Of a stretch of DNA of 64,000 bases, positions 1 through 10,717 are shown piece by piece. This stretch comes from an uncultured Candidatus Rokubacteria bacterium (GTDB lineage Bacteria > Methylomirabilota > Methylomirabilia > Rokubacteriales > CSP1-6). A program made the position numbers and the translations under genes. The notes beneath the pieces were generated by a model. It made no database searches. It saw only the letters and a list, made by a program, of their open reading frames with translations, and was not told the origin of the DNA. Every line of letters starts with the position of its first letter. Positions within the stretch are counted from its first letter, which is position 1. The stretch lies in assembly GCA_963758635.1 (NCBI GenBank), contig CAVWWD010000004.1, forward strand, positions 311,384 to 375,383, given 5' to 3'.

Positions 1-1
1 C

Positions 2-1870
2 GCCGCGGCCAAGCGGTTCACGTTCGTGAAGCGGAAGCTCTCGCCCGCCGCGGCGCAGGCGGTGCGGGACCTCGGGGAGCCCTCTCTCGGTTTCCTCGAG
101 GAGAGCCTGCGCCTGTATCCCAACCGGGAGCTGGCCGCGCACGTGGTGGGCTTCGAGGGGCTGGACGGGCAGGGGCTGGCGGGGGTGGAGCAGGCCTGGG
201 ACAAGCGGCTGGCCGGCCAGGAGGGCCGCGCGCTCGTGGAGCGCGACGCCCTTGGCCGAGAGGTGACGGCCGCGCCGATCGTGCTGAAGGCGCCGCGGCC
301 GGGCAACGGCCTCGTGCTCACCATCGACGCCACGCTCCAGTACATCGCGGAGAAGGAGATCGACGCGGCGTGGCGCCGGACCCGATCGAAGGCGGCCATG
401 GCCGTGGCCATGGACCCGCGCACCGGCGAGGTCCTCGCCATCGCGATCCGGCCCACGTTCAACCCGAACAGCTTCGCCGCCGCCACCGACGCCGAGCGGC
501 GGAACCGCGCCGTCACCGATCCCTTCGAGCCGGGCTCGACGTTCAAGGTGATCCTCGCCGCCGCGGCGCTGGAGGAGGGCGTGGCGCGGCCCACCGACCG
601 GATCTACGGCGAGATGGGGGCGATCAAGGTGGCCAACGCCACCATCCACGACTGGAAGCCGTGGGGCTGGCTCACCTTCGCCGAGGTGCTCGCCAACTCG
701 TCGAACGTCGGCACGATCAAGGTTGGCCTCTCGCTGGGCCGCGAGCGGTACTACAAGTACATCTCGGGCTTCGGCTTCGGCACCCCCACGGGCGTGGGCC
801 TACCCGGGGAGAGCCGCGGGCAGCTCCGGCCGCCCGCCCGGTGGTCCGGGCTCTCGCTGGCCACGATGTCGATCGGCCAGGAGATCTCGGTGACCGCGCT
901 CCAGATCGTCTCCGCGTTCGCGGCGGTGGCGAACGAGGGCCGCCTCATGCAGCCGCAGATCGTGCGCGCGGTCCTGGACAGCGAGGGACGCGAGGTGCAG
1001 GGCTTCGAGCCCCGGGTGATCCGCCAGGTCATCAGCCCCGAGACCTCGCGCACGCTCATGCGCATGATGACCGGCGTCGTCGCCGGCGGCACCGGCCACC
1101 GCGCGGCCATCGCCGGCTTCGACGTGGGCGGCAAGACGGGCACGGCGCAGAAGCTCGATCCCAACACGCGCCGGTACTCTCGGGCCCCGGGCGTGCTGTC
1201 CTTCGTGGGCGTCGTGCCCGCCGAGGATCCGCGCATCGCCATGCTCGTGATGCTGGACGAGCCCAAGAATGAGAAGTGGGGCAGCGAGGCGGCGGCGCCG
1301 ATCTTCGCCGCCATCGGCGGCGAGGCGCTCCGCCACATGAACCTGATGCCGCGTGACAGCCGGCCCGTCCAGATCGTGCGTGGCTCTGCGAGTGGCCTGC
1401 GAGCCGAGCCGAAGGCGAGGCGAGCGTATATGGAAATGCAGTGGAAACGACCGCTAACCGGGACCGAGTGTCCGCGAACGCAGTGGAAACAACCGCCCCC
1501 CCCGACCCAGCGCCCGCCAAGGCCGGCCTCATCGAGGAGCCGTCCGCGCGTGATGCCGTCCCTGGCCCGGCTCTCCCTGCGCCAGGCCCTCGAGGTCCTG
1601 GCCCCGCTCGACGTCCCCGTGGAGGTCGTCGGCCGCGGGATCGTGGTGGCCCAGTCCCCGCCCGCCGGAGAGCCCCTGGGGGCCGGCGCGACCTGCCGTC
1701 TGACCCTGGCCTCGCCGGCCGGCCCCGCGCCGGCCAGCCCCGCGCCGGCCAGCCCCGGGCCCGCTGGCCCCGGCAAGACCGCGCCGGCCAAGACGGCCCC
1801 GGCGAAGGCCGCGCCGGCGCCCACGGCACACGCGAAGATGGCGGCGGTCGAATCCGTCGCAAGGCCATGA
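2..1870 (+). CDS. ftsI: FtsI/PBP3 transpeptidase, 5'-truncated by the window edge, with C-terminal PASTA domain and Pro/Ala-rich tail
   Basis: EPGSTFK (SxxK), SSN (SxN) and KTGT motifs; first gene before murE. Confidence 0.93.
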   Translation, partial: AAAKRFTFVKRKLSPAAAQAVRDLGEPSLGFLEESLRLYPNRELAAHVVGFEGLDGQGLAGVEQAWDKRLAGQEGRALVERDALGREVTAAPIVLKAPRPGNGLVLTIDATLQYIAEKEIDAAWRRTRSKAAMAVAMDPRTGEVLAIAIRPTFNPNSFAAATDAERRNRAVTDPFEPGSTFKVILAAAALEEGVARPTDRIYGEMGAIKVANATIHDWKPWGWLTFAEVLANSSNVGTIKVGLSLGRERYYKYISGFGFGTPTGVGLPGESRGQLRPPARWSGLSLATMSIGQEISVTALQIVSAFAAVANEGRLMQPQIVRAVLDSEGREVQGFEPRVIRQVISPETSRTLMRMMTGVVAGGTGHRAAIAGFDVGGKTGTAQKLDPNTRRYSRAPGVLSFVGVVPAEDPRIAMLVMLDEPKNEKWGSEAAAPIFAAIGGEALRHMNLMPRDSRPVQIVRGSASGLRAEPKARRAYMEMQWKRPLTGTECPRTQWKQPPPPTQRPPRPASSRSRPRVMPSLARLSLRQALEVLAPLDVPVEVVGRGIVVAQSPPAGEPLGAGATCRLTLASPAGPAPASPAPASPGPAGPGKTAPAKTAPAKAAPAPTAHAKMAAVESVARP

Positions 1871-3387
1871 CCGGCCATCCCATGCCCACCGCCCCCCTGA
1901 TCGACGCGCTCCCGCAGAAGACGGTCCTCGGCCGGCTTCCCGACAGCGTGGGGGCCATCGCCTACGACTCGCGCAAGGTCGGCCCCGGGGCCCTCTTCGT
2001 GGCGGTCTCCGGCCTCAAGCAGGACGGCCGGCGTTACGTGCCCGAGGCAGTCTCGCGCGGGGCGGCCCTCGTCGTGGCCGAGGCGCCGGATCCGCTCGAC
2101 GGCTCGAGCACGCCGCGGGTGATCGTGCCGTCCTGCCGGGAGGCCCTGGCCCGGCTAGCCGACGCCTTCCACGGCCACCCGTCGGGCGCGCTCGCCCTGG
2201 TCGGCGTCACGGGGACCAGCGGCAAGACGACCACCGCGTTCCTCGTCGAGGCGCTGCTGCGAGCATCCGGGCACATGACGGGCCTGATCGGCACCATCGA
2301 GTACCGGATCGGCGATCGCGTGGAGGCGGCGGGCCAGACCACGCCGGAGGCAGTGGAGCTCCAGGCGCTCCTCGCCCGGATGCGCGACGCGGGCGTGACG
2401 GGGGCGGTCATGGAGGTGTCCTCGCACGCCCTCGCCCTGTCGCGCGTGGACGGCACGGACTTCGACGTGGCGGTGTTCACGAACCTCAGCCAGGACCACC
2501 TGGATTTCCACGCCTCGATGGAGGAGTACCGCCAGGCGAAGACGCGGCTCTTCTCGCTCCTCGCCGCGGGGCGGAAGCCGGGCCGGACCGCCGTCATCAA
2601 CGTGGACGACCCCGCGGGCCCGACGATGGCCGCGGGGCTCGAGGTCGCGCGCCTCACGTTCGCGATGCGGTCCGCTGCCGACGTGCGCCCACGCCGCTTC
2701 ACCTCCACGGGCGACGGCATCGATCTCGAGGCCGACACGCCAGCCGGCCGCGTCCTCCTCCGGTCGGCCCTGGTCGGTGAGCACAACGTGATGAATCTGC
2801 TCGGCGCCATCGGCGTCGGCGTCGCGCTCGGCATGGCCCCGGGCCGGATCGGCGAGGCAGTGGGCGCGGTGCCGGTCGTGCCCGGACGCTTCGAGCGGGT
2901 CGAGGCGGGCCAGCCCTTCCTGGTCGTGGTCGACTACGCGCACAAGCCGGACGCGCTCCAGCACGCGCTCGGCACCGCGCGCAAGCTCGTCACCGGCGAC
3001 GGGCGGCTGGCCGTGGTCTTCGGGTGCGGGGGCGATCGCGACCGCGGCAAGCGCCCGCTCATGGGCGAGATCGCCGCGCGCCTGGCCGACCGCGTGTGGG
3101 TGACCTCGGACAACCCCCGCACGGAGCGGCCCGAGGCGATCATCGGCGAGATCCTGCCCGGCGTCGAGCGCGGCGGGGCGGGCGCGCGGCACGTGGCGAT
3201 GGCCGACCGGCGCGCGGCCATCCGCGACGCCATCGGCTGGGCGCGCGCCGGTGACGTGCTGGTGATCGCCGGCAAGGGCCACGAGCCCTACCAGATCATC
3301 GGCGCGGAGGTGCTGCCCTTCGACGACCGGGAGATCGCCCGCGGCTTCCTCCACGCGGCGGGCCCGGGGCGGGAGGCACGGCCATAG
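1867..3387 (+). CDS. murE: UDP-MurNAc-tripeptide synthetase MurE
   Basis: GTSGKTT P-loop, MEVSSH, DYAH, FGCGGDRD, DNPR (mDAP-type) motifs; ATGA overlap with ftsI stop. Confidence 0.95.
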   Translation: MTGHPMPTAPLIDALPQKTVLGRLPDSVGAIAYDSRKVGPGALFVAVSGLKQDGRRYVPEAVSRGAALVVAEAPDPLDGSSTPRVIVPSCREALARLADAFHGHPSGALALVGVTGTSGKTTTAFLVEALLRASGHMTGLIGTIEYRIGDRVEAAGQTTPEAVELQALLARMRDAGVTGAVMEVSSHALALSRVDGTDFDVAVFTNLSQDHLDFHASMEEYRQAKTRLFSLLAAGRKPGRTAVINVDDPAGPTMAAGLEVARLTFAMRSAADVRPRRFTSTGDGIDLEADTPAGRVLLRSALVGEHNVMNLLGAIGVGVALGMAPGRIGEAVGAVPVVPGRFERVEAGQPFLVVVDYAHKPDALQHALGTARKLVTGDGRLAVVFGCGGDRDRGKRPLMGEIAARLADRVWVTSDNPRTERPEAIIGEILPGVERGGAGARHVAMADRRAAIRDAIGWARAGDVLVIAGKGHEPYQIIGAEVLPFDDREIARGFLHAAGPGREARP

Positions 3388-3395
3388 CCCGGCGC

Positions 3396-4781
3396 ATGCC
3401 CGTCTTCACCGTGGAGGAGATCGTGCGCGGCACCCAGGGCGCCCTCGTTTCGGGCGACCTCGGCGTGCGCGTCACCGGCATGTCGATCGACACGCGGAGC
3501 CTCGGCGTGGGTGAGGCGTTCTTCGCGATCCACGGCCACCACGGCGACGGCCACGCGTTCCTCCGCGAGGCCGCCGCGCGCGGCGCCGCCTGCGTCGTGG
3601 TCCACGCCGTGAGCGACGACCTGCCGCCCGCGGTGCCCGTGGTGCTCGTGGACGACACCACGCGCGCGCTCGGCCGGCTCGCCGCCTGGCACCGGCAGCG
3701 CTTCACGCTGCCCGTGGTCGCCGTCACCGGCTCGAACGGCAAGACCACCACCAAGGAGATGATGGCCTCGGTGCTGGAGGCGCTCGGGCCGGTGCTCAAG
3801 CCGCCGGGCAGCTTCAACAACCAGTGGGGGCTGCCGCTGACGCTCCTCGGCCTCGGCCCCGAGCACCGCGCGGTGGCCCTCGAGCTGGGGGCGAACCAGC
3901 CCGGGGAGATCGCCGCGCTCGCCGCGCTCTGCCGGCCCACCGTGGGCGTCGTCACGATGGTCGCGAGCGCCCACACCGCGTTCTTCGGCTCGCTGGACGG
4001 CGTGCAGGCGGAGAAGGGCGCGCTGGTGGCCGCGATCCCGCCCGAGGGCGCGGTGGTGCTGAACGCCGACGACCCGCGCGTCCTCGCCATGCGCGCCCGC
4101 GCGCGCGCCCGCGTGATCACGGTGAGCGCGCGGGAAGACGCCGACGTGCGCGCGGTGGGCTCCCCGGTCGAGACGGCGGAGGGTCTCACCGTCACCTTCG
4201 AGGCCCGCGGCGCGCGGCGTACGGCGCTGCTCCGCTTCGCGGGGCGGCACAACGTGGGCAACGCGCTGGCCGCCGCCGGCGTGGGGCTCGCCCTCGGCCT
4301 GCCGCTGGCCGACCTCGTCCGCGGGCTCGAGGCGGCGCGCCCGGCCGCCGGGCGCTGCGTCTGGCTCCGCGCCGGCGGGCTCACGATCCTCGACGACAGC
4401 TACAACGCCAACCCCACGTCGCTGCGCGCCGCGCTCGAGACGTTCGCGGCGGTGCGCGGGCGGCGCGTGGTCGTGCTCGCCGACATGCTCGAGCTGGGCG
4501 ACATCGCGGACAGCGCGCACCGGGAGGCCGGCCGCGCCGTGGTGGCGTCCGGCGCCGCCGAGCTGATCGGCGTGGGCCCGCTCTCGCGCCTCGCCGTGGA
4601 GGCCGCGCGCGAGGCCGGGCTCGCCGAGTGCCATCACGCCGGAACGTTCGAGGACACCATGGCGCTCCTGCTGAAGCGCCTGATCCCGGGCGACGCCGTG
4701 CTCGTGAAGGGCTCGCGGGGCATGCGGATGGAGCGCGTCGTGGCCGCGCTGGTGGCCCGATTCGGAGGAGATGATGGCTGA
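3396..4781 (+). CDS. murF: MurF D-Ala-D-Ala-adding ligase
   Basis: VTGSNGKTTTKE, DDSYNANP and KGSRGM motifs. Confidence 0.95.
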   Translation: MPVFTVEEIVRGTQGALVSGDLGVRVTGMSIDTRSLGVGEAFFAIHGHHGDGHAFLREAAARGAACVVVHAVSDDLPPAVPVVLVDDTTRALGRLAAWHRQRFTLPVVAVTGSNGKTTTKEMMASVLEALGPVLKPPGSFNNQWGLPLTLLGLGPEHRAVALELGANQPGEIAALAALCRPTVGVVTMVASAHTAFFGSLDGVQAEKGALVAAIPPEGAVVLNADDPRVLAMRARARARVITVSAREDADVRAVGSPVETAEGLTVTFEARGARRTALLRFAGRHNVGNALAAAGVGLALGLPLADLVRGLEAARPAAGRCVWLRAGGLTILDDSYNANPTSLRAALETFAAVRGRRVVVLADMLELGDIADSAHREAGRAVVASGAAELIGVGPLSRLAVEAAREAGLAECHHAGTFEDTMALLLKRLIPGDAVLVKGSRGMRMERVVAALVARFGGDDG

Positions 4782-5860
4782 TGCTCTACCATCTCCTCGC
4801 TCCCCTCGGCCGCGAGTTCATCTTCTTCAACGTCTTCCGGTACATCACGTTCCGGACGGCGATGGCCACGGTGACCGCGCTCGTGATCTCGTTCGTGCTC
4901 GGCCCCTGGCTGATCCGGCGGCTGCGCCGGCTCCAGCACGGCGGCGACACCATCCGGGAGGACACGCCGGAGCGCCACCGGCTGAAGGCGGGCACGCCGA
5001 CCTGCGGCGGGCTCATCATCCTGGCCGCGCTGCTGGGATCGACGCTCCTCTGGGCGAACCTCACGAACCGCTACGTGTGGCTGGCGGTGGCGGCGACGGC
5101 CGGGCTCGGGCTCGTCGGGCTCATGGACGACCTCGCCAAGCTCCGCACGCGCAAGGGCATCTCGGCGCGCCGGAAGTTCGGGCTGCAGCTCGGGCTCGTG
5201 GGCGCGCTGTTCGCCGCGCTCTACGTGTGGCCACCCGACGGCTTCACGACCGGCCTGGCCATCCCCTTCTTCAAGGGCTGGCTGCTCACGCTGGGCGTGC
5301 TGTGGATCCCCTTCGCGATCGTCGTGATCGTGGGCGCCTCGAACGCGGTCAACCTGACCGACGGGCTGGACGGGCTCGCCATCGGGCCGATCGTGATGGC
5401 GGGCGGGGCGTTCGCGATCATCGCCTACCTCACGGGCAACTTCCGGGCCGCCGAGTACCTGAGGATCCTGAACGTCAAGGGCACGGGCGAGCTGACGATC
5501 TTCTGCGGGGCGCTGGTGGGCGCGGCGCTGGGCTTCCTCTGGTTCAACACCTACCCGGCGCAGGTCTTCATGGGCGACGTGGGCTCCCTCGCGCTGGGCG
5601 GGGCCATCGGGACGCTCGCCGTCCTCACCAAATCGGAGCTCCTGCTGCCCCTCATCGGCGGGATCTACGTGGTCGAGGCGGGCTCGGTCATCATCCAGGT
5701 GCTCTCGTTCAAGCTCACCGGCCGGCGGGTGTTCCGGATGGCCCCGCTCCATCACCACTTCGAGCTGGCCGGCTGGGCCGAGCCGAAGATCATCGTCCGC
5801 TTCTGGATCCTGTCCTTCATGCTGGCGCTCCTCGCCCTCACGACGCTCAAGCTCCGGTGA
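4781..5860 (+). CDS. mraY: Phospho-MurNAc-pentapeptide transferase MraY
   Basis: NAVNLTDGLDGL, FMGDVGS and MAPLHHHFE motifs; polytopic membrane protein. Confidence 0.97.
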   Translation: MLYHLLAPLGREFIFFNVFRYITFRTAMATVTALVISFVLGPWLIRRLRRLQHGGDTIREDTPERHRLKAGTPTCGGLIILAALLGSTLLWANLTNRYVWLAVAATAGLGLVGLMDDLAKLRTRKGISARRKFGLQLGLVGALFAALYVWPPDGFTTGLAIPFFKGWLLTLGVLWIPFAIVVIVGASNAVNLTDGLDGLAIGPIVMAGGAFAIIAYLTGNFRAAEYLRILNVKGTGELTIFCGALVGAALGFLWFNTYPAQVFMGDVGSLALGGAIGTLAVLTKSELLLPLIGGIYVVEAGSVIIQVLSFKLTGRRVFRMAPLHHHFELAGWAEPKIIVRFWILSFMLALLALTTLKLR

Positions 5861-5866
5861 ACGCCT

Positions 5867-7303
5867 GTGAACGCAGTGGGGACGGACGGCGCGATGGCCG
5901 CGCTGGCCGAGCGCGGTGAGCCGTTCCGCCGGTGGCTCGAGGGACGGACGGTGTCCGTCGTCGGCCTCGCGAGGAGCGGCGTGGCCGCGGCGCGCCTGGC
6001 CCGGCGGCTCGGCGCGCGCGTCCTCGCCTCGGACGCTGCGCCCGCCGACCGTCTGCCCGCGGAGGCGCGCGCGCTCGAGGCGGCGGGCGTCGGCCTGTGG
6101 GCGGGCGGCCATCCCGCCCCGGCCTTCGCGGGCGCGGAGCTGGTCGTCGTGAGCCCGGGCGTGCCATGGGAGGCGGCGCCGCTCGAGGCCGCGCGGGCCG
6201 CCGGCGTGCCCGTGATCGGCGAGCTCGAGCTGGCGTGGCTGGTCATGGAGGGTGACGTCATCGCGATCACGGGCACGAATGGCAAGACCACGACGACCGC
6301 GCTCACCGGCGACATCCTGCGCGGGCAGCCGCGGCCCGTGCTCGTGGGCGGCAACATCGGCACGCCGCTGTCGCGCCTGGCCCTCGATGCGCCCGCCCAC
6401 GGCCTCGTGGTCGCCGAGGCGTCGAGCTTTCAGCTCGAGGCGACGGCGCGCTTCCGGCCGTGGGTCGCCGCGGTGCTGAACCTCGCCCCCGACCACCTGG
6501 ACCGGCACGGCTCGGTCGAGCGCTACGTGGAAGCCAAGGCGCGGATCTTCGCGAACCAGCGCCCCGGCGACCACGCCGTGCTGAACGCGGACGACCCGGC
6601 GACGGCGGCGCTGGCCGCCCGCACGCGCGCGCGCGTGGCGTGGTTCAGCCGTCTCCGGCCGGTGGCGCGCGGCGCGTTCGTCCGCGACGGCTGGGTGGTG
6701 GCGCGGCGGGACGGCGGCGACGAGCCGGTGTGCCCGCTCACCGAGATCCCGCTCCGCGGCGAGCACAACGTGGAGAACGTGCTCGCGGCCACCGCGTGCG
6801 CGCTGTGGACGGGCATGGCGCCCGCGGCCATCCGCGCGGCCATCGTGGCCTTCGGCGGCGTCGCGCACCGCATCGAGCGCGTGCGCGAGGCGGCGGGCGT
6901 CGTCTACTACAACGACTCCAAGGGCACCAACGTCGCCTCCACGGTGAAGGCGCTCGAGAGCTTCGCCGAGCCCGTGATCCTGATCGCCGGCGGCAAGGGC
7001 AAGGGCCAGGACTTCACGCCGCTCGGCGACGCCGCGCGCGGCCGCGTGCGCCACGCCGTGCTGATCGGGGTGGACCGCGGGCAGATCCGGCCCGCGCTCC
7101 GCGCCGCGGGGGCCACCGTGGAGGACGCGGACTCCATGGAGGGCGCGGTGCGCGCGGCCGCCGCCGCGGCCCGGCCCGGCGAGGTCGTGCTCCTCTCGCC
7201 GGCCTGCGCGTCGTTCGACATGTTCGACCACTTCGAGCACCGGGGCGACGTGTTCAAGGCCGTCGTCAACGCGCTCGTGCCCGCCGCGGGCGGAGGCCGC
7301 TGA
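5867..7303 (+). CDS. murD: MurD D-glutamate ligase (start may be ATG 5894)
   Basis: ITGTNGKTTT, SSFQL, NDSKGTN and SPACASFD motifs. Confidence 0.95.
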   Translation: MNAVGTDGAMAALAERGEPFRRWLEGRTVSVVGLARSGVAAARLARRLGARVLASDAAPADRLPAEARALEAAGVGLWAGGHPAPAFAGAELVVVSPGVPWEAAPLEAARAAGVPVIGELELAWLVMEGDVIAITGTNGKTTTTALTGDILRGQPRPVLVGGNIGTPLSRLALDAPAHGLVVAEASSFQLEATARFRPWVAAVLNLAPDHLDRHGSVERYVEAKARIFANQRPGDHAVLNADDPATAALAARTRARVAWFSRLRPVARGAFVRDGWVVARRDGGDEPVCPLTEIPLRGEHNVENVLAATACALWTGMAPAAIRAAIVAFGGVAHRIERVREAAGVVYYNDSKGTNVASTVKALESFAEPVILIAGGKGKGQDFTPLGDAARGRVRHAVLIGVDRGQIRPALRAAGATVEDADSMEGAVRAAAAAARPGEVVLLSPACASFDMFDHFEHRGDVFKAVVNALVPAAGGGR

Positions 7304-8403
7304 TGCCGCGCAAGCTCGCCCCCGACCTCTGGCTCTTCGGGCTGGTCCTGGCCCTCGTGTCGGTGGGCGTGGTGATGGTGTACTCGGCCAGCGCGATCAT
7401 CGCCGCCGACCGGTTCGGCGACCCGCTGTTCTTCCTCAAGAAGCAGCTCTTCTGGGCGTTCCTCGGGATGGCCACGCTCTGGGCGGTCATGCGCGTGGAC
7501 TACCGGCGGCTCGAGAAGCTGGTGGTGCCGCTCCTGGTGCTGTCCTTCGTGCTCCTGGTGCTCGTCCTCGTGCCGCCGTTCGGCCAGGCCATCAACGGGA
7601 CCCGCCGCTGGTTCCGGGCCGGGCCGCTGTCCTTCCAGCCCGTGGAGCTGGCCAAGCTCGCCCTCGTCCTCTACCTCGCGGCGTTCCTGGCCCGGCGGCA
7701 GGAGCTGGTGCGGAGCTTCTCACAGGGGCTCTTGCCGCTCCTCGTGGTGGCCGGACTCATGGCCGGGCTCACCGTGCTCCAGCCCGACCTCGGCAACAGC
7801 ATCGCGCTGGTGATGCTCACGCTCGGGCTCGCCTACCTCGCGGGGGCGCGGGTGTCGCACATGCTCGCCATCGCCGTGTGCGCGCTCCCCGTGGTCGCGG
7901 CCCTCATCGCGTGGAAGCCGTACCGCTGGCGCCGGATGCTCGCGTTCGTCAACCCGTGGGACGACCCGCAGGGCAGCGGCTTCCAGATCATCCAGTCGTT
8001 CCTCGCGCTCGGCAGCGGCGGCTGGCTCGGGCGCGGGCTCGGCGAGTCGAAGCAGAAGCTCTTCTACCTGCCCGAGCCGTACACCGACTTCGTGTTCGCC
8101 ATCATCGGCGAGGAGCTGGGCTGGGTCGGCGCGACGGTCGTCATCGCGCTGTTCGCGCTCCTCGTGTGGCGCGGCCTCCGCGTGGGGCTGCGCGCGCCCG
8201 ATCCGTTCGGCAGCTACCTCGCGCTCGGCCTCACGCTCATGCTCGCCACCCAGACGCTGGTCAACCTGGGCGTGGTCATGGGCGCGCTCCCGACCAAGGG
8301 GCTGCCGTTGCCGTTCATCTCGTTCGGGGGGTCGGCGCTGGTGACGACGATGCTCGCCGCCGGCGTGCTCCTGAACATCTCGCAGCACACCAGCACGGCC
8401 TGA
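7303..8403 (+). CDS. ftsW: SEDS peptidoglycan polymerase FtsW
   Basis: [27 protein letters not shown] and [13 protein letters not shown] motifs; TGATG overlap with murD. Confidence 0.95.
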   Translation: MPRKLAPDLWLFGLVLALVSVGVVMVYSASAIIAADRFGDPLFFLKKQLFWAFLGMATLWAVMRVDYRRLEKLVVPLLVLSFVLLVLVLVPPFGQAINGTRRWFRAGPLSFQPVELAKLALVLYLAAFLARRQELVRSFSQGLLPLLVVAGLMAGLTVLQPDLGNSIALVMLTLGLAYLAGARVSHMLAIAVCALPVVAALIAWKPYRWRRMLAFVNPWDDPQGSGFQIIQSFLALGSGGWLGRGLGESKQKLFYLPEPYTDFVFAIIGEELGWVGATVVIALFALLVWRGLRVGLRAPDPFGSYLALGLTLMLATQTLVNLGVVMGALPTKGLPLPFISFGGSALVTTMLAAGVLLNISQHTSTA

Positions 8404-8428
8404 CCGGAGACGGAGGACGACGCGGCTC

Positions 8429-9829
8429 ATGTACAAGCGTTACCAGCAGATCCACTTCGTGGGCGTCGGCGGCGTGGGGATGAGCGGCATCGCCGAGGTG
8501 CTGCTGAACCTCGGCTACCGCATCACCGGCTCCGACGTGCGGCGCAACGACTCCATCGAGCGCCTCGAGCGGCTGGGCGCCAAGGTCGCGATCGGGCACG
8601 AGCCCGCCAACGTGGAGGGCGCGCACGTGGTCGTGTACTCCTCGGCGGTGGCGCGCGACAACGTGGAGGTCCACGTGGCGCGGCAGCGCGGCATCCCCGT
8701 CATCCCGCGCGCCGAGATGCTCGCCGAGCTGATGCGGCTCAAGTACGGCATCGCCATCGCGGGCACCCACGGCAAGACCACCACCACGTCCATGGTGGGC
8801 GCGGTGCTGGGCGCGGCGGGCCTCGACCCCACGGTGGTGGTGGGCGGCCGCATCCACGGCCTCGGCGCGAACGCGCGGCTCGGGCAGGGGGAGTTCCTGG
8901 TCGCCGAGGCCGACGAGTCCGACGGCTCGTTCCTCAAGCTCTCGCCGACCATCGCCGTCGTCACCACGGTGGACGCCGAGCATCTCGACCACTACGCCGA
9001 CCTCGACGCCATCCGCGCCGCGTTCCAGGAGTTCGTGAACAAGGTGCCGTTCTACGGCGCCGCCGTCCTCTGCCTGGACCAGCCGAACATCCAGCAGATG
9101 ATCCCCGCGGTGGACAAGCGGGTGATCACCTACGGGCTCGAGTCGGGCGCGGACTTCACGGCGCGGCGGCTCGCCTTCTCGGGCACCAGCTCGCGCTTCG
9201 AGGTGCTCCACCGCGGCCGCGTGCTCGGCGAGGGCACGCTCCAGATCCCGGGCCGGCACAACGTGCTCAACGCGCTCGCCGCGGTGGCCGTCGGCCTCGA
9301 CCTCGAGGTGCCGTTCGCGGCCATCCAGGAGGCGCTCGCCGGCTTCGCGGGCGTCCAGCGGCGGTTCCAGATCCGCGGCGAGGCCCGCGGCGTCCTCGTG
9401 GTGGACGACTACGGCCACCATCCCGCCGAGATCCGGGCCACCCTGGCCGCGGCCAAGGCCGGCTTCGACCGGCGCGTCATCACCGTGTTCCAGCCACACC
9501 GCTACACACGCACGCTCCACCTCCGGCAGGAGTTCCTCACCGCCTTCTACCAGTCCGACGTGCTGCTCGTGATGGACATCTACGCGGCGGGCGAGGCGCC
9601 GATCGAGGGCGTGAACGCGCGAGACCTGGCCGAGGGCATCGCCGCCCACGGCCATCGGGAAGTGCACTACGTGGACGGCGACCGCGAGGGCATCCTCGAC
9701 TTCCTCGTCTCGTCCACGCGCCCGGGGGACCTCGTCCTCACCCTGGGCGCTGGGGACGTGGGGCAGCTGGGTGGCGAGCTCGTCACCCGGCTCGGAGCGC
9801 TGCCCCACGATCCCTCCAACAGGAGATAG
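8429..9829 (+). CDS. murC: UDP-MurNAc-L-alanine ligase MurC
   Basis: [30 protein letters not shown] and FQPHRY motifs. Confidence 0.97.
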   Translation: MYKRYQQIHFVGVGGVGMSGIAEVLLNLGYRITGSDVRRNDSIERLERLGAKVAIGHEPANVEGAHVVVYSSAVARDNVEVHVARQRGIPVIPRAEMLAELMRLKYGIAIAGTHGKTTTTSMVGAVLGAAGLDPTVVVGGRIHGLGANARLGQGEFLVAEADESDGSFLKLSPTIAVVTTVDAEHLDHYADLDAIRAAFQEFVNKVPFYGAAVLCLDQPNIQQMIPAVDKRVITYGLESGADFTARRLAFSGTSSRFEVLHRGRVLGEGTLQIPGRHNVLNALAAVAVGLDLEVPFAAIQEALAGFAGVQRRFQIRGEARGVLVVDDYGHHPAEIRATLAAAKAGFDRRVITVFQPHRYTRTLHLRQEFLTAFYQSDVLLVMDIYAAGEAPIEGVNARDLAEGIAAHGHREVHYVDGDREGILDFLVSSTRPGDLVLTLGAGDVGQLGGELVTRLGALPHDPSNRR

Positions 9830-9831
9830 GC

Positions 9832-10713
9832 ATGCTCGGAGAGATCCGCGGCGAGGTGCGGTTCAAGGAACCCCTCAGCTACCACACGTCCCTGCGCATC
9901 GGCGGTCCCGCCGACTTCTTCATCGTGCCGCAGGACGTGGAGGACATCCGCCACGCCCTCGGCTTCGCGGAGAAGGAGGGGCTGCCCGTCGAGGTCGTCG
10001 GCGGCGGCAACAACCTGGTCGTCCGCGACCGCGGCATCCGGGGCGTGGTGTTGCGGCTGGAGGGCTGCCTCGGCCGCGCCGACTTTCACGGCGAGGAGGC
10101 GGTGGCCGGCGCGGGCGTGGGCCTGTCCGCGCTCATCCGCGAGGCCGCCGGCCTGAACCTGGGCGGCATCGAGTGCCTCGTGGGCATCCCCGCCACCATC
10201 GGCGGCGCGGTGGCGATGAACGCGGGCACCCCGGACGGGTGGATCGGCGACTTCGTCTCCGCGGTGTACTTCCTGCACCCCGACGGCACGCTCGGCGAGT
10301 TCAAGCCAGGCACGGGCACCTTCGGGTACCGCGCCTTCGCCGCGCCGCCCGGGGCGGTGCTGATCGGCGCGCGGCTCCGGCTGCACCGGCGCCCTCACGC
10401 CGACATCCTCAAGGACATCAAGCTCAGGCTCAAGCAGAAGAAGTCGAGCCAGCCGCTCGCGCTCGCCTCGGCGGGCTGCGTGTGGAAGAACCCCACCGGC
10501 GAGCTCGCGCACAAGATGCTCGAGAAGGTGGGCCTCCGCGGCAAGCGGCTGAACGGCGCGGAGATCTCGGCCAAGCACGCGAACTTCATCGTCAACCGCG
10601 GCGGCGCGATCGCGGCGGACGTGATCGCGCTCATGGACCTCGCGCGTGAGCGCGTGAAGAACCATTTCGGCATCACCCTCGAGCCGGAGATCCGCATCCT
10701 GGGGGAGGGCTAA
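9832..10713 (+). CDS. murB: UDP-N-acetylenolpyruvoylglucosamine reductase MurB
   Basis: IGGPAD, GIPATIGGAVAMNAG, SAGCVWKNP and KHANFIVN motifs. Confidence 0.95.
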   Translation: MLGEIRGEVRFKEPLSYHTSLRIGGPADFFIVPQDVEDIRHALGFAEKEGLPVEVVGGGNNLVVRDRGIRGVVLRLEGCLGRADFHGEEAVAGAGVGLSALIREAAGLNLGGIECLVGIPATIGGAVAMNAGTPDGWIGDFVSAVYFLHPDGTLGEFKPGTGTFGYRAFAAPPGAVLIGARLRLHRRPHADILKDIKLRLKQKKSSQPLALASAGCVWKNPTGELAHKMLEKVGLRGKRLNGAEISAKHANFIVNRGGAIAADVIALMDLARERVKNHFGITLEPEIRILGEG

Positions 10714-10717
10714 CCAG

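Noticed and set aside
1431..1496. Repeated tggaaa/gtggaaac resembling CRISPR repeat ends
   Set aside because: Only two 17-bp units, inside a coding region at a codon-multiple period, and no cas genes in the window
1724..1820. 15-bp repeats at the ftsI 3' end and at the terL 3' end (58537-58583)
   Set aside because: Ordinary low-complexity Pro/Ala/Gly coding tails
4634..7240. Long antisense and alternate-frame ORFs, such as this 868-aa one and 33854-36886
   Set aside because: Expected in very GC-rich DNA with few stop codons; they overlap well-supported genes and lack motifs
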